The notes under the pieces are model-generated. The model saw only the letters and a list, made by a program, of their open reading frames with translations, had not been told where the DNA came from and made no database searches. A stretch of DNA of 64,000 nucleotides from Selaginella moellendorffii. Taxonomy: Eukaryota > Plantae > Lycopodiophyta. The stretch lies in NCBI RefSeq assembly GCF_000143415.4, contig NW_003314302.1, positions 1,529,208 through 1,593,207 on the forward strand, given 5' to 3'. The translations under genes and the position numbers were made by a program. Shown here piece after piece: positions 10,590 to 23,210 of this stretch (position 1 is its first letter; each line of letters opens with the position of its first letter).

Positions 10590-12836
10590 ATGCTATGGAT
10601 CCTCACCCGGAAGCGCCATTTCTCCCGATCGGTGCCGCGGCAGATGCTGGAGAGGAGCCTGGATCAGCTCTTCGAGGTACGGCGGCCACAGCCGTGTCTT
10701 CCTCCGCCGCGAAAATCCCCTCCTCTCTTCCTGGACGAGGATCCCGCGCTCCCCAGGATCAATGCCGATGTCTGGCACCAGCGGCCGTCGCAGTCCGTGG
10801 CCAGCGCGCTGCGCCTGGTGAGGAGCAGCGGCAGCTGGCAGCTGTGGCAGAATCAGGGATTAGGGTTCTTGGTGGAGTCGTCGAGCGTCGCGGAGATTCT
10901 CGCCCGGCTTGGGGATAATCCGGATGCTTGCATCGCCTTCTTCAGGTATGCCGCCTCGAATCTTAGAGGACACAGGCACGGCACAAGAGAATACAACGCG
11001 GTCCTCTGTGTTTTGGCCGAGTTTAATCGGTTCCAGGAGATTGGGAGTCTCATGGACGAAATGCGAGAAAATATAGAGCTCGCTGCTCCAGATCGAGCGA
11101 CACTGGGTATTTTGCTCGCTTGCTACGGTAAAGTGATGGTTCCGGCAGGGTGGCTTTTGGAAGCCTTGGTTCGACGACATGGGGAAGCACAGCAGCTGCA
11201 AGAGATGCTAGAGGTTTTTGCGAGGAGCCACAAGGTTGGGTGGTCTCCATCGCTGGGCTTGTACGAGTACTGCGTCAACGTGCTGGCTGCGAATGGATTT
11301 CATAGCCAGGCATCAGAGCTTCGGGCACGAATGCGTGTGGAGAGCAGCGAGGATCGATTCAAAGTCTACAAGGCCGGCATCCTTGCTCTAGCTCGAGCAA
11401 AGAGGATGGACTTGGCTGAGGAGCTGATGAAAGAGATGGAGGAGGGTGGAAACAAGGCCGACTTTTACGTCTACACCAGCTTGGTTTCGGGCCACTGTCA
11501 AGCAAATCGTCCGGGTGATGCGATAGTTCACTACGAGCAGATGATCCAAGAGAGAATGGAACCAAGCCTGGTGATACACAACATGCTCATCGATTGTTTG
11601 GGAAAGGCCGGGTACGTAGATCGTGCTTGTTCGGTCTTCCAAGAGATTAGCAAGCGGGGCCTCAAGCCAGAGCTGGTCACTTACAACTCGCTACTGGCAG
11701 TTCTGTGCAAGAATGGTCGGAGGTACGCTGCCTGGAAGCTTTTCTTAGCGATGAAAGAGGAAGACGGCATCTCTCCAGACTGTGTCACGTACTCGATTCT
11801 CATCACCAACGCTGGGGATGGAAGTGACATAGCCGAGCCTTGCAGGCTGTTTCTCGAGATGATGGACTGTGGATGTAGTCCGGACATCGTCGTTCACAGC
11901 AGCATGGTGAACTTGCTGTTCAAGTGTGGAGATGTTCGGCAGACGCTGGATTTCTTCAAACAGATGGCACAGCGGGGGAAGCCACTCAGCGTCGCGGTGT
12001 TCACCAGCATTATCTTCTCCTATGTCCGGTCGGGAAGGATGGATTCCGCGTACCTCCTCTTCCGTGGCCTCCGGGACGTGAGTGGCTACGTTCACCAGCG
12101 CATCTACAACTCTCTCATCTGTGGCTTCGCCAATATCGACGACGTGCTGCATGCGTTTTCGCTGTTCAAGGAGATGAAGGCCAACTCTTTTGCTCCGGAC
12201 CAAGTCACGTACAGGACAATGGTGGCTCTCCTGGCCAGGCACGCAAAGCTCTTCCAGGCTCAGGACACGCTCGAGGAGATGAAAGCCAACGGCCTTACGC
12301 CCGACCTGGTGACGTACAACAAGCTCATGGCCATGCTCGGGGAGACTGGCGATTTCAAGGGCGCGTTTAAGCTGCTCCAGGATCTGGAGAGCTGCGGGCT
12401 TCAAGCAGACGGCTACACGTACAGTGCGCTTCTCCACAACTTGGGAAGGCACCGAAAGGTGAAGACCGCTTGCAAGCTTTTCGACGAGCTCGAGAACAGG
12501 GGCCACAAGCCGTGTGCCATGACTTACAACGCGTACGTTGGCGTTCTCGCGATGGCGGACATGGTGAACGACGCCAACGAGGCTCACAGGAAGATGAGAG
12601 AGCTGGGACTGCTCCCAGATCTGGTAACTTACGACGAGCTCATCCGGTTGAACGAGAGGTTTAACAACGAGCGCGAGGTGTTCGAGCTCCGGGGTGACAT
12701 GGCACGGCGGAAACTGTATTACAGACCCCGGGAAATGCCAGGTATCAAAGACGAAGGCTATATCACAATGAGTAGAAAGGTGCTCGAGAGAACGCAGGGT
12801 GGCCGTGCCAAGGAAAGAAGGAAGAAAATCTTCTAG
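10590..12836 (+). CDS. P-class pentatricopeptide repeat protein
   Basis: Tandem 35-aa motifs (PDxVTYNxLI), Arg-rich targeting-like N-terminus, telo-box at about 10571. Confidence 0.93.
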   Translation: MLWILTRKRHFSRSVPRQMLERSLDQLFEVRRPQPCLPPPRKSPPLFLDEDPALPRINADVWHQRPSQSVASALRLVRSSGSWQLWQNQGLGFLVESSSVAEILARLGDNPDACIAFFRYAASNLRGHRHGTREYNAVLCVLAEFNRFQEIGSLMDEMRENIELAAPDRATLGILLACYGKVMVPAGWLLEALVRRHGEAQQLQEMLEVFARSHKVGWSPSLGLYEYCVNVLAANGFHSQASELRARMRVESSEDRFKVYKAGILALARAKRMDLAEELMKEMEEGGNKADFYVYTSLVSGHCQANRPGDAIVHYEQMIQERMEPSLVIHNMLIDCLGKAGYVDRACSVFQEISKRGLKPELVTYNSLLAVLCKNGRRYAAWKLFLAMKEEDGISPDCVTYSILITNAGDGSDIAEPCRLFLEMMDCGCSPDIVVHSSMVNLLFKCGDVRQTLDFFKQMAQRGKPLSVAVFTSIIFSYVRSGRMDSAYLLFRGLRDVSGYVHQRIYNSLICGFANIDDVLHAFSLFKEMKANSFAPDQVTYRTMVALLARHAKLFQAQDTLEEMKANGLTPDLVTYNKLMAMLGETGDFKGAFKLLQDLESCGLQADGYTYSALLHNLGRHRKVKTACKLFDELENRGHKPCAMTYNAYVGVLAMADMVNDANEAHRKMRELGLLPDLVTYDELIRLNERFNNEREVFELRGDMARRKLYYRPREMPGIKDEGYITMSRKVLERTQGGRAKERRKKIF

Positions 12837-13269
12837 GAGACTAGATGAGGTAACAATTCTCGTTGCTTGTCACTAACAAATGGTTTGTTTCTTGATAGGC
12901 TTTGCGCGTGTGTCGAGTGAAGAAGCAATGTAACTTTCAAGTGTCATTCCTCAGAGATAGAGGAGAGTAAGGCACCATCCAAATGTGTTCTGTGAACACC
13001 TGAAATCTGTAGAAATATCCAGATTGGATCCACGAGCTAAGGTGGAGGCCATGATAAATATTTATATATGGAGACCATACAAAGTGGTAGTCAAACTGCC
13101 TCAAAGTTTAACATGCTTGGGAGAGGAAGTCTTGGCGAGAGCAAGCAGAGTCTCGATCACTCACGAGCCATTCTTCAGCGTGTGAACAAGCAGAAGAAGA
13201 CGCAAGAAAAACGACATCGAGCAATCACTTTATCGTCCAGCAAGGTTGGCCAGTGGTTGAAATCCTTGC

Positions 13270-15070
13270 AGGACTGACAGCCCTTGGTGTTTAGCGGCAC
13301 TGATTTTGAAAACTGGGCGAAAGAGATTTCGTTCATTTTTGTCCGACAGAGCTCAAATCAGCCTCCAGTGACGACAGAATAGACTTTAGAAATGTCGCAG
13401 GAGAGTCGTCAGATCCCATTCTAAGCCTGAAAAACCTGGACTTCAACTCCAGTTTCTTGGTTTCCTCACTTGCTTGATTGCCAAATGTGGTCTTCAAGGT
13501 CGTCCAATTTTCAGCAGCTGTCTTTGTGAGGTTAAGGTGGTGGTGATGAAGCTTTCCAAGTCTAATGCCCATGGAGGACAACGCCTTGTCATTCCTCACC
13601 TGCCAGTCTTCTTTGAGGTCGTAAAGGAAGCAGACAAAGGCAGTTCTACTGAATGCTTTGGCCGCATGACCAGAACATGAGACACTGAGCAAAGTTCTGA
13701 GCTCAACAAAGGCATTTGTTGAGATGCAAGCATTGCTGCTGAATGATGAAGGCCCAAACCGAGCAAGATCATATTTATAAATAAGATCCATATCATTCGC
13801 CCAGGAAACATGCAACTTTGGCATGAGCGACTGGGACACATCCATGAAGGAGCCGTCAAGACAATTGTTGGCTCACAACATGGACTCACAGGAAATCTCG
13901 AGTTTTGTGAGGCATGTATTCTCGGCAAGCAGACCAGGACGCCATTACCACAGCATTCAACAAGCGGAAGTAATCAAGTGTTGCAGCTTGTCCATTCAGA
14001 TGTGTGCGGTCCGCTACATGTCCCAAGTCACCAGCACAAGAAGTATTTTGCCACTTTCATGATGAATTCCACTGTCCTGGCATAATTTGGTGAAGGCTTT
14101 GGACATGTATTCTCCTCCACGATCACTGCGACGAACCTGAAGCTGATGGCTGAGAAGATTTTGCTGCCGAGACCTTGTAGATTTTTAAATGGTCCAAGAC
14201 CTCTGACTTTCTCGCCATCAACCGCACCACCACATATCGTGAGAAGCCATCCAGGAATTCACAGCACCAGATACTCCACAACAAAATGGAGCTGCCGAGC
14301 GCATGAATAGAACACTGCTCAACAGTGCTCGCAGTATGCTTCTCCATGCCGGAATGCCACTCAGGCCCTTCAAGGATCTGTAGTACCGTTCCAGTTATGG
14401 AGTGGCCATCCATCTTCCATCAGCTATCTTGGAGTATTTGGCTGTCTCGAGTGATGAACAAGCACAGACGTAAATTGGAAGCGAAGAGTCTACCGTGCAT
14501 CATGCTGGGATATACTTTGGAGAGCAAGGCATACAGAGCGTCGCGACGTTCGCTTTGACGAGAGTAAACTCTACATTCAAGCATATCCAAACACATCGCC
14601 AATTTTACTTGGAGGAATTAGGCGCAGCAGCCGCCACAGCAAGAAGAGGAGCAGTCTCCGCCCTTTGACGATGGTTTGAGGTTCGGTACACTTTTTTCTG
14701 AGCCTGGTGATGATGGTGCAGCAGCCACAGTGCCAGCAGCTCCTCAGTCGCCAGCAGCTATGCCATCGTCTTCTCGTCCCTTTCAGACTGTGACACTCGC
14801 GGCAGAGTCCGTTACTTGTCACAGCGTGCCATAGAGTCTCGTGAGTCCAATCCCCAGCATGGACACAAATATTTTGCGGCAGTAGGATGTGCTATGGTTG
14901 AGCCAAAGTCTGTCCAGGAAGATCTTACTTCTCCAGAGGCGAAGCAATTGCGAGCAGCCATGGAGGAGGAGTACCACTCACTACTTGAATACCAGGTATA
15001 GGATTTAGTTCCATTACCAGTAGGCAAGACGGCAGTACCAAATGGCTGTTCAAATTCAAATTTCATGCTG
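13270..15070 (+). mobile_element. Degenerate Ty1/copia retrotransposon relic with two internal inversions
   Basis: gag (FSGTDFENW; TAAENWTTLK), LWHERLGH, CEAC..GKQ, LVHSDVCGP, RSDRGGEY, TPQQNGAAERMNRT, RT start EPKS..AMEEE..DLVPLP. Confidence 0.9.
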
Positions 15071-15124
15071 AGGTGGTGCATTATAAAATTTAATTCTAAA
15101 AAACTTTGATGGTGAAGAAGCACT

Positions 15125-15862
15125 AACCATCGAAATTGCCTTCTGTATTTTCTATACTTTATGATCTATATTCTCCATACATGGAGTTCCCCAAATCCCT
15201 TTTAAGTCCACTTCCTCTTCCTCATTGTCATAACTCTTGTAGGATTGCTAAAAAAAATATTTATTAGCATATGGATAAATTTTTTATTTTAATAGAGCAA
15301 TAAACTTGGTAATCTTTTCCACCACAAAAATAAATATTTATTTTAGCACATATGTGCTCATATTATAAGGGGGTTAAACTACATTCGGAACCACTTTTAA
15401 GAAGATAACCACTTTTTAAGTAGTATTTGTGAACTGTATCGATTTCATTGGATTGTAAGAGTTCATCATCAATAAAAAAAATAAAAAATAAAAATTTCTC
15501 TTCCATTTTATATTCTATAGCTGTGCAAGGAGGGAAAAGGTCATCACAATGGACACAATTTTTACATTTAAGAATATATGATGGCTCTTCAAGAACACAT
15601 TAGGTCTCTTTTAGTCAAAAGCATACTATTATAGCACAAAGTAGTAATACTTACGCCCTGGAGATGAAAATAATTTAGAGGTATGGTGCCATGAATTCCA
15701 TTTGTGAAAAATATATTTGATTCTGCATTATTTTTGAAAATGTTGGAATTAAAAACAAAATGACATGTCATACCTTGTATATTAATTGCTCCATACTCTT
15801 GATTTATAACATCTGTATATGGGTAGGTTCCATTGCTAAACATTTTAGCACATCTTTACTAT
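15125..15862 (-). pseudogene. Serine carboxypeptidase S28, C-terminal part, on the opposite strand
   Basis: CAKMFSNGTYPYTDVINQEYG, SNIFFTNG, WHHTSKLFSSP, EPSYILKCKNCVHCDDL, matching the plant S28 C-terminus (YP..D..N.YYG / IIFTNG / C.NC.H..DL). Confidence 0.75.
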
Positions 15863-16859
15863 CTATTCATATAAATTATTTGAATTTATTATGTTCATAT
15901 AGATATTTTTATCTTTTCTAAAACCTTATAGCCAAATAATTTCAACACTATTTAATACAGAAAATAAAAGAATAAATAATTTCTCAGAGAAATATCAAAA
16001 TAAATGAAATTAACAACAACTGAATATTACAACAAAATATTCAAAATAGACTTTAAAAATAATCAGGAAATTTACTAACACAATAAAATTATATTATCAG
16101 CAACACAAATAACAAAATCAAGTTTTAAAAAATCTAATAAGTGATAAATATTTTGCAAGATCTTTAAACTCTCAACACTATTCATGAATTCTTCAACATC
16201 ATCTTCCCACAAATTTGATACTTGAACAATTTCATAACACTTTAATCAAAATTGCAATCATGTCTTATATTATCTGGAAATTATAGCTCATCAAAGAGAA
16301 AAGTAAGTTTAAATAGCATTCCCACATTAGTTAGAGGTAGTAACACCACATCAATATAAAGTCAATCAACACCATAATATAAACCTTATGTGACTGTAGT
16401 TCTTTAAGTTTGATCTATAGTTGGCTGTTTGATCTAGTTAATATGTTAACATTATAGTTAATAAGAACAACATAAAAGACAAATTTTAAATACGAAGAGC
16501 AAGAATTAAGAATGTTAGTGAAGTCTAAATCTAAGTTCAATAGTAAACTAGATCTTAGGATACAAGAAATCAAAATGCCCAATGCCATGCTGTTTACTCA
16601 TACGATAAGAATATAGGATTGAATCATTATAATCGTAACCATTGATTAAAAAAATTCCTAAAGGAGAATACCACTTTCCCGATCATAAACGAGTAGCGTG
16701 CTAGCACAGCCTCTCGAGTCCCAAGTTGGACCTCAGAACTCCGTTTCTGAGATTTAACAGAGACTGGGATATGAATGCCAAGTCATTAGTCGTGTCTCCG
16801 GTAGCAGGACTCAAATGTTCATACTTGCCAGCAGCCTCTGCGGAAGAATGGTCCGAATC

Positions 16860-17030
16860 TCCAACATCGACGAGATGAAAGCCGGCACGTTTGCTCCTGG
16901 TGGTCCTGCCAAGAGAGAAATTTCTTCTGGGAGATGAGGTGTGATGAGGTAACAATCGTTGCGCTATATTATAGCTGCTGGAACTAAATTGTTTGTTATG
17001 GCAGGCTTATGTCAAGAACGAGGAGGTGAC
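16860..17030 (+). pseudogene. Heavily deleted relic of the P-class PPR gene 3' region
   Basis: Short blocks matching about 12131, 12171-12197 and 12798-12865 (ccaacatcgac / gagatgaa..ttgctcc / ggtggtcctgccaag..ttct..gatgaggtaacaat). Confidence 0.55.
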
Positions 17031-19047
17031 TTCCACGCCTCCAGGTTCGTCTCGATCTTTCATGTCAGCCTAGTCAAGCAGTGAGGCGCTACTTGGTTGA
17101 ACAGGGTTCCTATATGGTATTTGGACAGCAAAAATTTCGTTCTCAATCATCATCGCCAGAACAGCGGATCCGGGCATCCGATTATTCAAACCAGCGAATG
17201 CTGAGGTCTGTCTTGAAAAGCTTCAACATGTTGTTACTTGTTTAATCTCTCCGTCTTTGTGACTCAAAAGCTTACCTTCTTCCCGGCTTTCTTTTATCTT
17301 TGATTTTTTCTTCTTCTTTTTTGTTGGTTTTTACATTGCAGTCTTCGCTCCCTTGCGTGTCAAACGAACAGACAACAAAAGATCCGCCCCACTAAACACT
17401 AACGATCGATTCCCACGTCATCATTGTCACGCGATTATAAAGAATACTCTTTGCCGATGGCATCGTTTTAGTTTGAACGCTTCTTTCATGGTACGTATCC
17501 ACATTCGACTGATTGATTTGGTTTTGTGGCTTTGATTTAAGCATCTTTTGCTTGTCGTTGCCTTGCGCTGGTTGGTCTCATGCTTTTCAGTGGCCACCCA
17601 AAGACTAAAGCTTTTCTTTTCTTTCTTTCTTTCTTTCGTGTAGGGGAAGCCCAGCTGTTGCTTTCTTATCTCCCAAATTGTTTTTCTTCTCGGCCCAGCG
17701 ACGGCTGGCTTAGTGTAATCTCGCGTCAGCCTCTGGAGAAAAACCATACCCGGTACGAGTCACTCTCGCCTCACAACAGCTTTGTTTGCAGCGAATGAAA
17801 GCTTCACGTGATTTCCACATGGTTTTCTTGGTCGTGTTTACAGCAGGGAATCTTGCCTAGAGCGGCACAGCGCAGGTTAAGATCCCCGAGTGGAGATCGA
17901 GCGATAAAAGCTCCGTGAATTTCTTTCGCAGCGATTCCACGGAGAGAGTTTCCAAACCATGAGCTAAATGTGACAAATTGGGGGAGATCATGCATAGCCA
18001 CAAAGTTTATAAAATGGAGCTCGCGGAAAGCATGACATGTTAAACAAGTCTTAAACACGGGAGGCTCTCTGTCTCTTTCTTATCAAAGGACTCACTTCGA
18101 GACACTAGAATAATAACACACAAAGATCGACTAAAGATTGCTTGACTGAGAGGGCATCAAACTTAAGAAAAAAACCCTCGCCTACAGACATTACAAAGAA
18201 ATTTAAAGTGGCTTCTCCAAAGTTGGAATAAGTTACTGTCAAACATACCAACAATTCTTAACTGTATACCACTTGAATAGAGGATATAGAGATTATCATA
18301 CTGTATACATTCATCTCAATCAAAATCCTCGCCAGTTCCATATACTTTTCAAGTCCTCTGTGCTGTAACACCACGTAGTGCACCCCACGAACTAACGTAT
18401 TCTACCATCTTTTCTGTGATTTTAAAAAATATCTCGAGTTTTCAATGCTTTAATCATGGGTCCTCCCTGAGAGCGACGATCATTCGCGATCATTCGTGAT
18501 CACTGAGAACTGACACCACGCAAACTTTAGCCGAGAAAGAAGTGTTGTAGTACTTTACGAGATTTGCGCGTTCGAGCTGGATTTCTTAGCGATCAAATCT
18601 CTTCGCCTCGCCGCCCCGCGGCACATCTCCTTGGCCTCCCCCACTTGATTTGACTGACCGTGCGAACGCTGGCGTCTCGTAGCTTTCAATCAATCCCCTC
18701 GGACCCCTGCGCGAGCGTGTCCACACAGACACACTCACCAGATTAGTTATAACTCTGCACAGATAGAAAACACTAAGTTCGTCCAAAGAAGAAAGAAATG
18801 AAATGAAACCACGTACCTTTTGAGTCTGAGAGCTCCAAATTCACCTTCGAAAGATATATATCTGTCGGCCAGCCAGCCGCTTTACACATGTTCTTCTCGG
18901 AACGCGAGAATATAGTTTTCTCTCCCTTGACCATTTCCTCCAAAATTCCCCGACTTCCGAGCCCCACCTGGGAAGTCGTGTGCCTTTCTCTCTTTGCTCA
19001 TGAAGGAAGAGTTGCTTCTCGCGAAGTGTGGCCTTTTGAAATCTCGA

Positions 19048-20605
19048 TCAAGCAGCTCCCACCCCCAAGAAGTCTATGAAAGGAACCGTCTGTTGTCTGT
19101 GCTGGTCAGCTGGCTGCGTTTGGTTGTTGGGAGAACGACTTATCATCGCACTCGACTCCGGGTCCCTCGACGTCGACGATGCCGACGCCCAGCTTTGGCT
19201 TGCTTGCCCCTCTGATCGCCCAAAGGAGCCCGAGTAGCCCTCCGGACGAGCCATCCACGGCCACTTCCCGTGGCCGTCGCCTGTTTCGGATCGCCGAGTT
19301 ATAGCTGCTTCATTAGCAGTCGAACCAGAACCAGCAAAGCTCGAGTAGCCGACCCTTCTTTGGCCGAAGATCACTGGACCACTCCTCTGCTGCGAGCATC
19401 CTAGCAAACCACTCACGCACACAACTTAAGTTCTAAGAACTTGTGGAAACACACAAACTTCTTACTGGATAGCTCGAGGTTGTAAGCGTTGGCAATGTCT
19501 TCTTTGATCAAGCTCGGGTACGTCGGGAAGAAGCTCGCGCCCTCGCATCCAATGCCGCCGCCTGCTCTCGCCTTAAGAAGCTCGGGATTTGCGAGAGGAA
19601 CTACTCGTGATGATCCTGGATGACACTGTGGGACTTGAAACCCCGTCGCGCGCGTGGTGATGGTGCTAGTAGGAGCAGCAGTGACAGTGGCACAGTACTT
19701 TTCTAGCCAAGATGGTAACGTAGCACCCGACGAGCTCGACGTCGACGCTTCTCCACTAGCAATAAGTCTTTGGCGCTGGCTTGAAAAGCTACTCGTAGCG
19801 CTACGCCTTGGCGTAGTGGCAAGCGTACTAGCCGCGCCAGCGCCAGCGCCATTGATTGTAGTAACAGTCGAGTGGGCTTTGGATCTTCGCCCGTAGAGCT
19901 TGGAGCGCTCGCGGAACTTCCTGGCCATGATGACATGCCAGTGGTTCTTCACGGCGTTGTCTGTTCTTCCCGGGAAGAGCCGCGCGATGAGAGCCCACTT
20001 GTTCCCATGGAATGTGTGGGCCGCGAGGAGGCGCTCTTCCTCCTCCTCGCTGAAAGGCTGGCGATTGATTCGCGGATCGAGCTGATTGAACCATCTTAGC
20101 CTGCAGCTCTTCCCTGCAAAGAAAAGAAGAAAGAATCGTGACAAGATCGAAAGAAAAGTTATGCTAGCGAGGAAGAAACATGGGAATTGTGAGAGTGTTT
20201 GCTACCTGATCGTCCCTCGAGCTTCTCCGCTATGAGATTCCAGTTCTGTGGACCATGGAGCGCTACCAACTCGCGCAATTTCTCGTCTTCGCTCGGCCGC
20301 CAGTGCCCTCTCGGGCAAAGACTGAGCTTGGAGCTGGCGCTCTCGCCGCCCTTGCGCTGCGAGCTCTCCGTCTCGTCGCTCATTGCTGCCCCGGCCGCCC
20401 CCGCCGCGTCCTGGTATTCGATTCGAGGCCGCTTCCATTGCAGTCGCCGATGATCCTCCTCCTCCTCCTCCTCAAGATCCACAGAAAGATTTTCCTCCAT
20501 AATCGCTGGCTTGCTGCTGGATGCGTCGCGCTCTCCCATCAAATCCAGCGCATAGCTTCCAGCGATGATCCCCTTGCACGAGCTCCCACCGATCTGGACA
20601 GTCAT
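19048..20605 (-). CDS. R2R3-MYB transcription factor, subgroup-21 type (MYB52/54/105/117-like); exons 20206-20605 (or from 20539), 19466-20113, 19048-19400
   Basis: [48 protein letters not shown]; C-terminal FIDFLGV motif reached by an in-phase splice. Confidence 0.93.
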
Positions 20606-23210
20606 GAACTGGAAATCTTCTTGCCCGCGCTGCCGCCGCGCCCTTGCGTTTCACAGCGCCGATCGAAATGCCGGTATCGATCGATCGAGCAAGTTATCCA
20701 AGAAAGAAATCGATCGATGGCGTCGCGCGAGGGCAAGAAAGAAGAAACAAGAGAGGAGAGGATTACACCGTGGATGGATCGATGAGAAGCAACTCAATCG
20801 CAGCGAGAGATCGATCGATCGATGGAAGGCGCAAAATTCCGGACGTCTCACCGCTACAAGCTTTTAAATCAAACCTCAAGAAAATAGAGATTTTCTTCGT
20901 AGAATATGCTTTGGAGATGCCGCGGCTGGCCACGTAGGCCCCACGTCAGCAGGTGAAATGTAACCTTGTGGCCGCCGGCGAACCATCGATTCGCCGTTAT
21001 AATCCAACGGTCAAGTCAAAAGGGTTGAAACTGTTGACTTTGGGCATTTTATTTCTACTTTGGGTGAGCTATATCGACTCGCTTTTCTGTTATCAATTTT
21101 TTTCTAGGCCTATAATTAAGATTCTAGAGGAGCTCCTGGCCCAGGTAATCCACTCCAAGTTAAAATTCCAAGAAGATGATTATAATAGTGTAATGTACAT
21201 GATTCCCTCTGGTCAAAAGAGGGGGTTGTGTGCCCTAAATTCTTCTGGACTTTTGTTCTCGAATGGTGGTGTGGTCCTAACAAGAGAGAACGTTTCGTTT
21301 CGTAGAGAAACTTCTTGAATAGAAAGAAAGCAAATAATAATAAGAATAAATAAAATAACAATAGTAATAATAAATATAAAATCCTAGCTCACCTTTTGAG
21401 AATGAATAACAAGAACATGTCTTTCTACCTGCATGAAACATGTGCCCAGCTCTTTATTCACACAAATACTTTTCCGGTTTCTACCACCGCCAAAATCTTC
21501 TCCTTGCCATGAAATTCCATTTAGACATTGTTAAAGCGTTTTTTTAATGTTTTCATCTATCCTCTGGACAACCAAACAACGATTTGACGAAATCTTGGAT
21601 CGACCAGATGGACGGCAGCAGATTCGTTATAAGATCCTATTCCGTGCGAGTGTCATTAATTTGGCCATGTCCGTTACGTGCAACATTTGCCATTGTTGCA
21701 AAACAGCCAAATTGGCCGTTTCCCTGGAAACTTTAACACCTCAGTGTCGGCCCAAATCTAGGGCCTCTACGCAATACTCCAAACTTCCATGCCTAGATTA
21801 TACGATCCCCAAGTTTTCACACAACATCACTCAATCAATCAAACAAAACATCTTTCGATAACGTGAAACTTGGCATCTTGTTTGACCAACTTAGAACATT
21901 ATTCATCCCTAGTGTGTTTGTTTGCCTGTCAACCTTTTTGTAGGGTCTGGAAAGTTGTTGTCGTGGTGGTAGTTTTTGTCTTTGATCTTGGCCTTGGGTT
22001 GATGGAATTTTATTTTTGTGGGACTGCTTGATGAAATACAATGACCCGGGCCGTTACGAAGGTTCAATTTTTGTGGCATCAACAACTTGTGATTATTGAC
22101 ACCAGCGTTTACATTTTCTTTCTTTCTTTGTTTGTTATTATTAAAAGGTCTTGTTGGTGAGTTCCTTTATGACGGCCAAGTTTATATAATAGTATATAAA
22201 TCGTGAGTGAGATCACGGCGTGATCACAAGCTCAACGTCATCTCCTATGGAAGCTCAACACGTATATCAAAGAGCCCACTGGTATCGACGTGTATATTTG
22301 GAAAAAGCCGTGGCCAAGTTTCGTTGTCTGATCAGATTTTCAGTCTCGATCTTATGGCCCCCTTTGGCAACAAAGCAGTAGATTTACGACACGGACACGC
22401 AACGATCAGAGAGTGAGAAAGATGTGAAGATCGATTCATCCTTGAATGATTCTCACGCCGAAAGTCCCCACGAAGAAAAAAAAAATTGGAGTTCTTTCTT
22501 TCTTTCATTGTTGTCCACACAGACGGTGAACACGGATTTATGTTGTGTCCTATAATAACAAAACTCGCACGCAATCTAATCCCTTTTCCGCTTAGAACCT
22601 AGTCAGAGTCATTTTTTTTTCCTTGAACGAACGAAGAAAGAGTCGTGTTTCGAGAGAGGTGTCGTTGTCCCTCAACACCAACAAAGGCTCCATCTTTGGT
22701 TGCAAATGTCCTTACTTGAAACTGGATCGATACGACTTGAAAGTGATGGAAATGGACGTGATGCTTTTCTAAATATTTGGTTTTTCCTTGGGGATAGAAT
22801 TTGGTTGGTTAGAATCTTCCCCCTCTCCAATCTATGGATCGAGTGTTGCCAAGTGAGAATTGAATCCATCCAACACTTAGGTTGGGCTCGATCCTTGCGA
22901 AGATTGCATTGAACTCCGACACGGACGAAGGCGTTAAACTGGTTCCCCGAGAATTTTCTCGGTGGGGGATTGAGACAATGAGACCCCACAAAAGCAACAC
23001 CTCCTTAAATTTGCAACATGCCACAAAACGATAGATTTCTTGTCAGCTACATTCTATGCAGGATCGATCCATACAAAAAACGCACAAAGACACAAGCTTT
23101 AAACATTGTGGCTGGGACGTATCAATCAACCAAACAGCAAAGCTGGTGGAATCTAGGGCTAATTCGCGGGTGTTTTTTAAAATTTAGGTTTAGGGTTCTT
23201 GGCAGACGCC

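Noticed and set aside
17365-17560. Possible miRNA hairpin
   Set aside because: The inverted match is only about 13 nt with a bulge; no extended stem
18477-18503. Short tandem cgatcattcg repeat, and GATC-rich runs elsewhere
   Set aside because: Low-complexity repeats without spacers; not CRISPR-like and no support for function
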